Positions 18,924 to 27,133 of a DNA stretch of 64,000 bases are shown here, in pieces (positions within the stretch are counted from its first letter, which is position 1; each line of letters starts with the position of its first letter). The DNA lies in NCBI GenBank assembly GCA_963782055.1, contig CAWAIF010000003.1, positions 5,760,001 through 5,824,000 of the forward strand. The letters run 5' to 3'. Below the pieces are notes generated by a model. It was not told the origin of the DNA and searched no databases. It worked only from the letters and a program-made list of their open reading frames with translations. Source of the stretch: an uncultured delta proteobacterium. GTDB lineage: Bacteria; Myxococcota_A; Polyangia; Polyangiales; Polyangiaceae. The translations under genes and the position numbers were made by a program.

Positions 18924-19309
18924 TGAGCGCGGTCGCCTTGCTGATGGCCTGCGGCCGGGAGATCGGGCCACCCGAGGCCGGCGTGCCGACGGATGCTTCG
19001 GGCGGTGCGGATGACGGCTCGGCGCTCGACGCGCAGGTCGACGACGCAGCGGCGGACGCCGGCCCCATCGTCTACGATATCGTGGACGGCGGAGGGGACG
19101 AGCCGTTCTGCCATCCGGATGGAGATGCCCTGCAGGCCTGCTGCAACGGCCAGTTCTGCAGCGGCTTCTGCATCCGCGGTGAGGCGGGGGTGCTGGAGTG
19201 CAGCTGCTTCGGGATCCCGGGGGGCTTCGGCGCGTCGGCCGGCCTGCGGCCGGACCTCAGTGCGCGCCGTCGAGGTACATGCACCCGCCGATGCGGGAGC
19301 CGAGGGTGA
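18923..19309 (+). CDS. Small Cys-rich lipoprotein, possibly 3'-truncated
   Basis: Lipobox LMAC; CCNGQFCSGFC...CSC pattern like the upstream gene; C-terminal tail looks non-coding and overlaps a convergent ORF. Confidence 0.45.
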   Translation: MSAVALLMACGREIGPPEAGVPTDASGGADDGSALDAQVDDAAADAGPIVYDIVDGGGDEPFCHPDGDALQACCNGQFCSGFCIRGEAGVLECSCFGIPGGFGASAGLRPDLSARRRGTCTRRCGSRG

Positions 19310-19427
19310 TGATGATGGTCAACGCGACGAAGAAGAAGGCGAGGCCCAGGACGACCAGCTTCATGGGCGACCAGGACTTGTCTTCCATCTCGGCTGCGAC
19401 CAGCTTGCTGTCGTCGGCGTCTTCCAT
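19257..19427 (-). CDS. 56-aa single-pass membrane protein (below the ORF-track cutoff)
   Basis: MEDADDSKLVAAEMEDKSWSPMKLVVLGLAFFFVALTIIITLGSRIGGCMYLDGAH*; GC3-rich codons, one TM helix. Confidence 0.55.
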   Translation of the reverse strand: MEDADDSKLVAAEMEDKSWSPMKLVVLGLAFFFVALTIIITLGSRIGGCMYLDGAH

Positions 19428-20497
19428 GGTGCGCGCACGCTAGGGCCTTTTTCAGGCAGAATCAAGCAGCTATCGCCGAACTCGTGACCCACGTAGCCGC
19501 TCTTGTGGGCGTGCTCGGCGGCCGCCTCCAGCACCTCGCGGGGCGCGAAGGCGCCGAGCAGCTCGTAGTGCGATTCGGTGGGATCGTGGATCCCGGTGAG
19601 GAGGCCGTCGACGACCTGCAGGGCATGGTCGGGTGTGACGCGCAGACCCGTCTCCCCTTCCCCGGGCGTCAGGCTGCGCTCACTCGCGACGCGACCCTCC
19701 AGCGCGCGAACCACCGAGGTGCCCACCGCGATCACGCGGCCGCCATCCATCCGCGCCGCCTCGATGGCCTCCACGGTGGTGACCGGGATGCGGTAACGCT
19801 CCGGCAGGGGAAGGCGAGCGTCCAGGGAGGGATCGCCGGTGGAGGACAGGCCCGCCGCGTGGGTGAGGCGGGCCAGGACCACGCCCCGCGCCCGCAGCGC
19901 CTCGAGCGCCGCGAAGGAGATGGCGTGCCCCGCCGACGGCAGCTCCGCCGACCAGGGCTCCGAGGCGTAGGCGTTCTGCACGTGGAAGAGGTGGAGGGCA
20001 CCACGCATGTAGGCGTACTGCACCGGCCGCCCGCTGCGGTAGACGGCCGCGAGCGGCGCGTCGCCGGGGCGCGCGGCGCGCAGGGTGACGCGGAGCAGGC
20101 GCGGGTGATCCAGCACGGCGTCGACGCGGGCCTCGGCCGCGCCGAGGCGCAGCACGTCCCCCGCGGCGACGCGAGGCGGCGCCGGACGATCCTCGGTGCG
20201 CGTGTGCCAGTCGCCCGCGCCGAAGAGGACCGCCCGCGCCGACGCCGCGCCGCGCGCTTCCCGCGGCGGCTCGAGCAACCGCAGCTCCACCGGTTCCCCG
20301 CGCGCGGTGACGCCGGACAGGGACGCCGGCAGCGTGGCCGCGTCGTTGACGATCAGCAGATCGCCCGGCCGCAGGAGCGACGGCAGGTCGACGACGCGCG
20401 CGTCGCGCATCGCGCCGGAGTCGGGGTCGAGCACGAGCAGGCGCTCGCGACCGGGATCGTCGCGCGGCCAGTCCGCCGCGCCGAACAGCGGGGTCAT
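19361..20497 (-). CDS. QueA-family protein (SAM:tRNA ribosyltransferase-isomerase-like, divergent paralog)
   Basis: LRPGDLLIVNDAATLPA, SAELPSAG, AVGTSVVRALE, VDGLLTGIH, EFGDSCLI. Confidence 0.85.
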   Translation of the reverse strand: MTPLFGAADWPRDDPGRERLLVLDPDSGAMRDARVVDLPSLLRPGDLLIVNDAATLPASLSGVTARGEPVELRLLEPPREARGAASARAVLFGAGDWHTRTEDRPAPPRVAAGDVLRLGAAEARVDAVLDHPRLLRVTLRAARPGDAPLAAVYRSGRPVQYAYMRGALHLFHVQNAYASEPWSAELPSAGHAISFAALEALRARGVVLARLTHAAGLSSTGDPSLDARLPLPERYRIPVTTVEAIEAARMDGGRVIAVGTSVVRALEGRVASERSLTPGEGETGLRVTPDHALQVVDGLLTGIHDPTESHYELLGAFAPREVLEAAAEHAHKSGYVGHEFGDSCLILPEKGPSVRAPWKTPTTASWSQPRWKTSPGRP

Positions 20498-21222
20498 GCC
20501 GCCCTCCCCCACTCCGACGCGATGATCCGCGCGCCCGGCTCGATGCCCTCCGCGTCCTCGATCATCCGCGCGATGCGCTCCGCGATCTCACGCGGGTCGG
20601 CGAGCGTCGAGGGATCGGCGTCGGGGAGCGCGGCCCGATGCATCGCGGTGTCCATGTCGCCCGGGTCCACCGAGAAGACGCGCACTCCGGAGGCACCGAG
20701 CTCCGCGCCCAGGACGCGCGCGAGCTGATCCTGCGCGGCCTTCGACGCGCCGTACGCGCCCCACTGCGGGTAGCCGCTCACCGCCGCGTCGGAGCTCAGG
20801 TGGACGATCACGCCTCGCCCGCGCAGGGCCATCGACCCGCCCACCGCCTTGGTGAGCCGGAAGGGGCCGACGAGGTTGGTCTCCAGGACCGCCGCCAGGT
20901 CCTCGCACGCGGTGTCGAGCAGCAGCGGCATCGGCAGGGGCCCGAGCGTGCTCGCGTTGTGCACCAGCACGTCGATGGGCCCGACGAGGCCCGCGGCCGC
21001 GCCCGCGATGGCGTGCGTCGCGTCCTTGTCCGCGACGTCGAACGCCAGGGCGTGGACGTCGCCCCCCTTCGCCCGGATGCGCGCGACCGTCGCGTCCAGC
21101 TCCTCGCGCCCGCGCGCGCAGAGCACGACGCGCGCACCGCGCGCCGCCAGCACCTCCCCGAGCGCAGCGCCCAGGCCGCGGCTCCCACCCGTCACCAGCG
21201 CGGTCCTGTCCTTCAGCTCCAT
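20494..21222 (-). CDS. Short-chain dehydrogenase/reductase
   Basis: TGGSRGLG, YGASKAA, DPGDMDT; ATGA-coupled to the QueA-like gene. Confidence 0.92.
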   Translation of the reverse strand: MELKDRTALVTGGSRGLGAALGEVLAARGARVVLCARGREELDATVARIRAKGGDVHALAFDVADKDATHAIAGAAAGLVGPIDVLVHNASTLGPLPMPLLLDTACEDLAAVLETNLVGPFRLTKAVGGSMALRGRGVIVHLSSDAAVSGYPQWGAYGASKAAQDQLARVLGAELGASGVRVFSVDPGDMDTAMHRAALPDADPSTLADPREIAERIARMIEDAEGIEPGARIIASEWGRAA

Positions 21223-21302
21223 GTCGCACCTCCTGACCTCAAGATGCGGCCGCGTGCTCACAAGATGGCGCGATGGACGATAACTTGGCATGCTTCCAAT
21301 CC

Positions 21303-21860
21303 ATGAGCAGCGACTCGCTTCTCGCCGACCGGCTGGGGCGCAACGTGCGGCAGCTCCGCGAGGCGCGCGGGCTGACACAGAAGCAGATGGCGCAGCTCGC
21401 GGCCGTGCCGCGGGCGACGTGGGCGCACCTGGAGTCAGGGGACGGCAACCCCACCCTCCAGGTGCTCTCGGCGGTGGCCGGAGCGTTCCAGGTCACCCTA
21501 GAGGAGCTGGTGGCCGCCCCCCGCGCGACCCTCGCGGTCTTCCGCAAGGCGGAGCTGCCCATCCGGGCGCGCGGCAACGTCACCGTCCGCAAGCTCCTGC
21601 CCAATCCCATCCCCGGCATGGAGATCGACCGCTTCGAGCTGCCCGGCCGTGCGCGCATGGTCGGGGTGCCGCACACGCCGGGCACGCGCGAGTACCTGAC
21701 CTGCGAGCGGGGGGCGATCGTCCTCATCGCCAGCGGGGAGCGGGTGGAGCTGGCGGCCGGGGACGAGGTCGCCTTTCGTGGGGACCAGCGCCACTCCTAC
21801 GAGAACCCGGGCACGACGACGTGCGTGGCCTACTCGGTGGTGGTGCTCGCCCGCGGCTGA
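21303..21860 (+). CDS. XRE-family HTH regulator with cupin domain
   Basis: NVRQLREARGLTQKQMA...LESGDGNPTL; cupin PHTPGTREY...FRGDQRHSY. Confidence 0.92.
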   Translation: MSSDSLLADRLGRNVRQLREARGLTQKQMAQLAAVPRATWAHLESGDGNPTLQVLSAVAGAFQVTLEELVAAPRATLAVFRKAELPIRARGNVTVRKLLPNPIPGMEIDRFELPGRARMVGVPHTPGTREYLTCERGAIVLIASGERVELAAGDEVAFRGDQRHSYENPGTTTCVAYSVVVLARG

Positions 21861-21867
21861 GCGGCCG

Positions 21868-22057
21868 CGCGTCGGACCGTTAGCACGCGCACCCTTCGAC
21901 GCCCGGCTCGAACGAGGGAGCCCCCGCATGGCCGGCCGCGCGCCGGACCGTTAGCACGCGCACCCTTGGACGCCTGCCGCACCGGCGCCGGGAGGGGTGC
22001 CGGCCCCGGCTGGGCCCGCCACGCGCCGGACCGTTAGCACGCGCACCCTTCGACGCC
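21868..22057. repeat. Three direct copies of a 36-bp repeat separated by unique 35- and 47-bp spacers
   Basis: CGCG(T/C)CGGACCGTTAGCACGCGCACCCTT(C/G)GACGCC at 21868-21903, 21939-21974 and 22022-22057. Confidence 0.9.
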
Positions 22058-22065
22058 GGGCGCAC

Positions 22066-22102
22066 AAAAGGCGGCGGGCCCGCGTTGCCGCGAGCCCGCC
22101 GG
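22066..22102 (-). terminator. Intrinsic terminator of the 6S-like RNA
   Basis: Minus strand GGCGGGCTCGCG-GCAA-CGCGGGCCCGCC followed by GCCTTTTG. Confidence 0.8.
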
Positions 22103-22109
22103 GAGAAAC

Positions 22110-22315
22110 GTTCCTTACCGCGAAGGCCGTGTGTGGAAAAACATGAACCCCTAGCCGACGGCTAGGTGGGAAGCGCTGACCACGCTTTAGGCTTCCGAGT
22201 TATCCGCGCGCGGGGCGAGCGGCCCGGCATGCTCACTGGGTGGCCATAACCTCCCGGGTTCGTGTTCGTAAGGGATCCATGCATTCCGACAAAGCACATG
22301 CCCTGCAGAGGGAAC
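22110..22315 (-). ncRNA. ssrS: Probable 6S RNA
   Basis: About 205-nt intergenic RNA whose ends pair (GTTCC.../...GGAAC); contains GAACC, GAAGCCTAA, CCCACC and GGGGTTCA elements typical of 6S; bracketed by a sigma70-like promoter and a terminator. Confidence 0.75.
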
Positions 22316-22321
22316 CCCTCG

Positions 22322-22349
22322 ATCCTAAGAACCAGGGCCGCCCTGTCAA
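22322..22349 (-). promoter_or_regulatory. Sigma70-type promoter of the 6S-like RNA
   Basis: TTGACA-N16-TAGGAT about 6 nt upstream of the predicted 5' end. Confidence 0.7.
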
Positions 22350-22419
22350 CGGTGTGCAAGGGTCGGATGCCCCGCGGCGCCCGCCAAAAAGTGGGCCAAT
22401 TCGTGGCCGACGTGCGTAG

Positions 22420-24309
22420 GTGGCAAGCGTCATGGTCCAGGCCCTCCTCCCGCAGCCCTCCCCCGAACCAATCGCCCTCGAGCCCACGCGCGCGCTGCCC
22501 GAAAGGCCTGCGCCGGAGTCCACCCCGCCGGAGTCGGGGGAGGCCGCGGCGCATGAACCCGCGGCGCATGAGCCGGGGGCGCAGGTGCCGTTGCCGCGCG
22601 TGTCCTCGGTGGAGGTCGCCGCGCCGCCCGCCGAGATGGCCGGCGCGTGTCGCCTCGTGCCCGCCGCCGAGCTGGACCGTGCCGAGCTGGACCTGGACGC
22701 GGACGAAGCGCTGGTCGTCTCCCTCACCTGTCAGGAGATCCACCCGGGCGCGCTCGGCGACCACGTCGACGAGGCGATCGAGGGGGCGCTGGCGACGCGC
22801 GGCCAGGGCGCTCGTGGCATGGCCGCCATGCAGTGCGCCGACGCCAGCCTGAGCAATCAGCTCTTCCGCGCCCGGCGGCTGGGCTTCCGCGGCCTGGGTA
22901 TCGTCCTGCGATCGATGCGGACGCTGGCGGCGCCGCTGGGCGGCCTGCACCCCGATGACGCGAGCACCCTGCGCTTCTACGCGCGCGCCGCGGAGGAGCG
23001 GCCGCTGGTGATGGTGATGGCCGAGGAGGACGCGAGCGTGGGGGCGTTCGTGGAGACCGTGACGCTGGAGAGCTTGCTGCGCGGCGCTTCGGTGCCGCGC
23101 GCCGAGACCACGGAGCCCACCACCATGGTCGAGGTGTCGGTCGAGATCACCGCTCCCGACGCCGCCGCCGCGCCGGTGGATGAGGAGGCACCTGTCGAAG
23201 CGGCTGTCGAGGCGCCTGTCGAAGCGACCAGCGCCCCGACGACGGAGGAGAGCTGCGCCACGACCGCGACCACCGCGGCCGTGACCGCGACACCCGTGGA
23301 CGAGACCGCGGCCCCGGCCCTCGCGCCGCCGGCAGACGACGACGAGCCGGCGCCCTCCACCGACGCCACCTCCTTCACGCCCAGCCTCGCCGTCGCCACC
23401 GTCATCGCTCCCTCCCCCGAGCCGCCCGCGGTCGAGGCGCATGGTGCTCGCGCCGCCGAGGTGCTCCCCGTTCAGCGCCCCCACGACCCGACCCACGGCG
23501 CGTGGCGCGCGTGGGTCATCGCCCTCGCCGCCGCGCGCGGGCCGCAGCCGCTCTCCGCCTTCGAGCGCCTCTTCGCGCAGAGCTACCTGCCCCTCTCCCG
23601 CGCCATCGCCGAGGGTCTGGAGGAGCCGCGCGCCATCGCCACGCGCGACGAGTTCCGCCGCACCTTCGCGCGCGCGTACTCCGAGGCGCTCCCCACCTTC
23701 GCGCTCACCGGCAAGCGCCCCAAGATGGTGCTGGACGCGCACGACGTCGCCGCCAAGATGGCGCGCCTGCACGGCGCGCGCGGCACCCACCTGCTCCTCT
23801 GCGACGCCATGCGCTTCGACGTGGGCGCTCGAGTCGCCGACCGCATCGCCACCATCCTCTCCGGCCGCGCCTCCCTCGTCGACCGCGTCACCCTCTTCGC
23901 CTCCCTGCCCTCCATCACCTCCCGCCAGCTCGACGGCCTGGCGCGCGGCGTGGAGTCGCTGCGCGCGCCCATCGAGAGCGAGCGGGAGGCGGACCCCATC
24001 CGCGGGCGCACCGCCGAGGTGGTGCGGCGCGTGAAGCTCGGCTCCCGCGACGTCTCCAAGCTGGACGTCATCGAGGCGCGCCTCCGGCAGGCGGGCGCCG
24101 ACGCCGCGCGCGATCTGCCCGACATCGAGGAGGACTGCGCCCAGGCGATCGCGCGCCACTCGCTGGCGCTCCCCGAGCGCACCATGCTCTTCGTCTTCGG
24201 CGACCATGGCTTCAGCCTCGACGACGAGGGCGCGATGGGCCAGGGCGGCGCGAGCCCCGAGGAGGTCATCGTCGCCGGCTACGGCTTCCTCGTCGGCGCC
24301 CTGCACTGA
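22420..24309 (+). CDS. Hypothetical protein with acidic/Pro-Thr linker and C-terminal PglZ/alkaline-phosphatase-like domain
   Basis: LLLCDAMRFD, LPSIT, FVFGDHGF, GGASPEEVIV. Confidence 0.6.
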   Translation: MASVMVQALLPQPSPEPIALEPTRALPERPAPESTPPESGEAAAHEPAAHEPGAQVPLPRVSSVEVAAPPAEMAGACRLVPAAELDRAELDLDADEALVVSLTCQEIHPGALGDHVDEAIEGALATRGQGARGMAAMQCADASLSNQLFRARRLGFRGLGIVLRSMRTLAAPLGGLHPDDASTLRFYARAAEERPLVMVMAEEDASVGAFVETVTLESLLRGASVPRAETTEPTTMVEVSVEITAPDAAAAPVDEEAPVEAAVEAPVEATSAPTTEESCATTATTAAVTATPVDETAAPALAPPADDDEPAPSTDATSFTPSLAVATVIAPSPEPPAVEAHGARAAEVLPVQRPHDPTHGAWRAWVIALAAARGPQPLSAFERLFAQSYLPLSRAIAEGLEEPRAIATRDEFRRTFARAYSEALPTFALTGKRPKMVLDAHDVAAKMARLHGARGTHLLLCDAMRFDVGARVADRIATILSGRASLVDRVTLFASLPSITSRQLDGLARGVESLRAPIESEREADPIRGRTAEVVRRVKLGSRDVSKLDVIEARLRQAGADAARDLPDIEEDCAQAIARHSLALPERTMLFVFGDHGFSLDDEGAMGQGGASPEEVIVAGYGFLVGALH

Positions 24310-24310
24310 G

Positions 24311-24496
24311 AGGATGTGAGCTGCGCTCACATCCCTCTCAGGACGGGTCGCAGGGGCGGCACGCGCCGCCCCTCCCCGCCCAGGTGAATTGGCCGGGGGC
24401 CTTCCCCACGCGGGCCCTCCGCTACGCGTCGGGCATCCAGGATGTGAGCTGCGCTCACATCCCTCTCAGGACGGGTCGCAGGGGCGGCACGCGCCG
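24311..24496. repeat. Two identical 58-bp intergenic repeats containing a palindrome (REP-like)
   Basis: AGGATGTGAGCTGCGCTCACATCCCTCTCAGGACGGGTCGCAGGGGCGGCACGCGCCG at 24311-24368 and 24439-24496. Confidence 0.9.
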
Positions 24497-24534
24497 GTGG
24501 CGCTTGGGCACCCGCTCGGCTACGAGTCGCTCGC

Positions 24535-24963
24535 ATGCGCACCGTCCTCGTCGCCGCCGGCGTCGTCATCGAGCGCTCGCGCGTGCTGCTCACGCAGCGC
24601 AAGGCCGGGGCGCACCTCGCGGGGATGTGGGAGCTACCCGGTGGCAAGGTGGAGCCGGGCGAGGACCCGAGAGACGCCCTCGCACGCGAGCTGCGGGAGG
24701 AGCTGGGGGTCGACGTGGCGGTGGGCGAGATCCTGGAGGTCACCTTCCACCGCTACGACGACGCCGACAAGGCGGTGCTCCTCCTCTTCTACGAGGCGAC
24801 GCGCACGCCGGGCTCCCCCGAGCCGCGCGCGCTGGACGTCGCCGCCTTCGAGTGGGCGGACCGCGATGGGCTGGACCCCGCGCGCTTCCCGCCCGCCGAC
24901 GTCGCGGTGCTCGGAAAGATCGCGCGCAAGCTGGAGCCCGCTAGTCCTTCTTCCGGCGCTTGA
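24535..24963 (+). CDS. NUDIX hydrolase, MutT/NudG type
   Basis: Nudix box WELPGGKVEPGEDPRDALARELREELG; FPPAD. Confidence 0.9.
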   Translation: MRTVLVAAGVVIERSRVLLTQRKAGAHLAGMWELPGGKVEPGEDPRDALARELREELGVDVAVGEILEVTFHRYDDADKAVLLLFYEATRTPGSPEPRALDVAAFEWADRDGLDPARFPPADVAVLGKIARKLEPASPSSGA

Positions 24964-26173
24964 AGATCCTCCGCGCGACCTCGATGGGCTCGCCGCGGAT
25001 GAAGTACGCGCTCGCCGCGGCGCCGAGCGCCATCGTCCCGCTGAAGGCGACGGCGCCGGAGATGGCGGAGCCCGCCCCGGGGAAGACGTACTTGATGAGG
25101 CCGCGCGCGGCCTCGCGCAGCGCGAAGGCGGCGCCCACGTTGGCGCCCATCGCGCCGAGGAACTCCGTCGCGGTCCTGGTGTCCATCGGCCGGCCGCTCA
25201 GCCACGCGATGCCGGCGATGAGCGCCACCTGCGCCGAGGTGATGGGCACCAGGTCCGCGAGCGGGATGGGGACGATGGCGATGCCCGCGCACAGCGCGGC
25301 GGTGGCCTGCGTGAGGTTCTGCGCCAGCTCCTCCTGCAGCTCGCGCACCTGCGCGACGCGCGCGAAGGCGCCGCGCCCCTCCTCCGGCAGCACGCGGAAG
25401 AGGGCGCGCGCCAGGTCGTCGATGCGGTAGCGCCCGTCGGCTCGCGGCGTACCGTCGGGGCGGAAGGACATGTACGCCGAGACGCCCATCGTCGCGCGCA
25501 GCAGCGACGAGACGCGGTCGCGCTTGCGCACGTGGTCCTCCAGCGTGCGCTCGGCGGTGCGCAGGTGCTCCAGCTTCTCGTCGCGCTCCGGCGCGTCGCC
25601 GTTCAGGTCGACGTCGCGCGGCTCCAGCATGTCGGCGTGGGTGACCACGCACACGATGGGCGGGGCGGCGCCGTGACGGCGCTCGACGGTACGAAGGATC
25701 TCCTCGAGCAGGTCCAGATCCTTGCCGATGGCGGAGTCGACGTCGAAGGCGCGCACCACGAAGACGAGCAGGTCGGGCGTCTTGCGCTCCACCTCCGAGA
25801 GGATGGACGACAGCGGCGTGGGCGCCTCGTCCGCCTCCACCGGCGCGCCTTCCTCCTGCAGCCCGCGCGTGTCCAGGATGCTGAGCGTGCCGTGGTCGCC
25901 CTTGTAGTCGAACCAGGTGCCGCGCCCGGTCTGCGCCTTGACGTGCCCGACCTGGGCGACCTTCGCCCCGAAGAGGGCGTTGACCACCGACGACTTGCCG
26001 GAGCCGCGGCGTCCGACGAGCACCAGCGCAGGGGGCCGCGTGTCGAGGAGCGTGGAGCGCAGGGTGGCGATCTTGTGCCGCAGGTCCTTGACGGCGGCGT
26101 TGGGCATCAGCTCCAGGAGCTGCTCCACGCGGCGGATGGTGTCGCTCAGGGCCTTGCGAGGATCGTCGCTCAC
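24941..26173 (-). CDS. P-loop GTPase with C-terminal hydrophobic helices (YcjF/DUF697-like)
   Basis: GRRGSGKSS, DTRG, THAD; C-terminal PIPLADLVPITSAQV. Confidence 0.8.
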   Translation of the reverse strand: MSDDPRKALSDTIRRVEQLLELMPNAAVKDLRHKIATLRSTLLDTRPPALVLVGRRGSGKSSVVNALFGAKVAQVGHVKAQTGRGTWFDYKGDHGTLSILDTRGLQEEGAPVEADEAPTPLSSILSEVERKTPDLLVFVVRAFDVDSAIGKDLDLLEEILRTVERRHGAAPPIVCVVTHADMLEPRDVDLNGDAPERDEKLEHLRTAERTLEDHVRKRDRVSSLLRATMGVSAYMSFRPDGTPRADGRYRIDDLARALFRVLPEEGRGAFARVAQVRELQEELAQNLTQATAALCAGIAIVPIPLADLVPITSAQVALIAGIAWLSGRPMDTRTATEFLGAMGANVGAAFALREAARGLIKYVFPGAGSAISGAVAFSGTMALGAAASAYFIRGEPIEVARRIFKRRKKD

Positions 26174-26254
26174 GGCTCCACTTTGACACGCCCGGACACC
26201 CTCGCGGCATTTCTATCTTCCTACCGCCACATACATGTGGCAGGTTCTCGTCCC

Positions 26255-27133
26255 ATGAGATGGATGTGGCGTTCGGTGGTGGGGCTGCTGGTCGCGGGTG
26301 CTGCCTTCGGGGCAGCTCAGACCCTCGCGGCATGTAGCTCGGATGATGATGGAAACACTGTCGATTCCGGCGTCCCGGACGTCGGGACGTGCCCCAGCGG
26401 GTTCGAGGTGTGCGCGGGGCAATGCGCCGACCTCACCAACGACCGGGACAACTGCGGCGCGTGCGGCAAGGCCTGCAACACCGGGGAGAGCTGCTCCGCC
26501 GGCAAGTGCGTGCTGGGCTGCGGGGACGGCCGGCTGTCGTGCGACGGCGGCTGCGTCGACCCGAACGTCGACCCGGGCAACTGCGGCGGGTGCGGCATGG
26601 CCTGCGATCCCGGCTTCCGCTGCGAGGACGCCGGCTGCTCGGTGACCTGCCAGGACGGCCTGCTCATGTGCGGGGCCACCGTGGCGGACGCGGGCGGCGA
26701 CGACGCCGGCGCGGACGGAGGCGGCGCCGGGAGCGACGCGGGCGTGGTCTGCACCAACCCCAAGACGGACAACGCCCACTGCGGCGCGTGCGACGTCGTG
26801 TGCGCCGGAGGCACCAAGTGCGTCGACGGCACCTGCACCGTCACCTGCCAGGCGGACCTCACCGAGTGCCCGACGGACGACGACGGGGGGACGGGCTGCG
26901 CGGACCTCCGCCTCGACCCGAGCAACTGCGGCGCCTGCGGCAAGACGTGCGACGCCGGGACCTTCTGCTCGCCGACCGACGGCGGCGCGGGCTCATGTGG
27001 GCTCGGATGCTTCGGCGGCACCACCAAGTGCGGCAACCGCTGCGTGGATACCAAGATCGATCCCTACAACTGCGGCGGCTGCGCCAAGGCCTGCGATGGA
27101 GGTTCGTCATGCGTGAACAGCACCTGTCAGTGA
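26255..27133 (+). CDS. Cys-rich repeat lipoprotein (myxobacterial D-x-x-NCG-x-CG repeats)
   Basis: Lipobox LAAC; five C..D..(N/H)CG.C...C repeats. Confidence 0.85.
   Translation: MRWMWRSVVGLLVAGAAFGAAQTLAACSSDDDGNTVDSGVPDVGTCPSGFEVCAGQCADLTNDRDNCGACGKACNTGESCSAGKCVLGCGDGRLSCDGGCVDPNVDPGNCGGCGMACDPGFRCEDAGCSVTCQDGLLMCGATVADAGGDDAGADGGGAGSDAGVVCTNPKTDNAHCGACDVVCAGGTKCVDGTCTVTCQADLTECPTDDDGGTGCADLRLDPSNCGACGKTCDAGTFCSPTDGGAGSCGLGCFGGTTKCGNRCVDTKIDPYNCGGCAKACDGGSSCVNSTCQ

Noticed and set aside
21868..22057. Calling the 36-bp repeat array a bona fide CRISPR
   Set aside because: Only three repeats, unequal spacers (35 and 47 bp), no AT-rich leader and no cas genes in 64 kb; kept as an unexplained repeat
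23161..23420. EAPVEAAVEAPVEA-type repeats (and DAPT repeats at about 55510)
   Set aside because: Ordinary low-complexity protein linkers, not independent DNA elements
22420..24309. BREX defence system
   Set aside because: No brxC, pglX or brxL-like neighbours; only an isolated PglZ-like domain
24389..26254. N-terminal extension of the Cys-rich lipoprotein (and similar extensions at 26389, 29159, 42713 and 49824)
   Set aside because: The extensions overlap other genes; signal peptides and motifs place the real starts downstream
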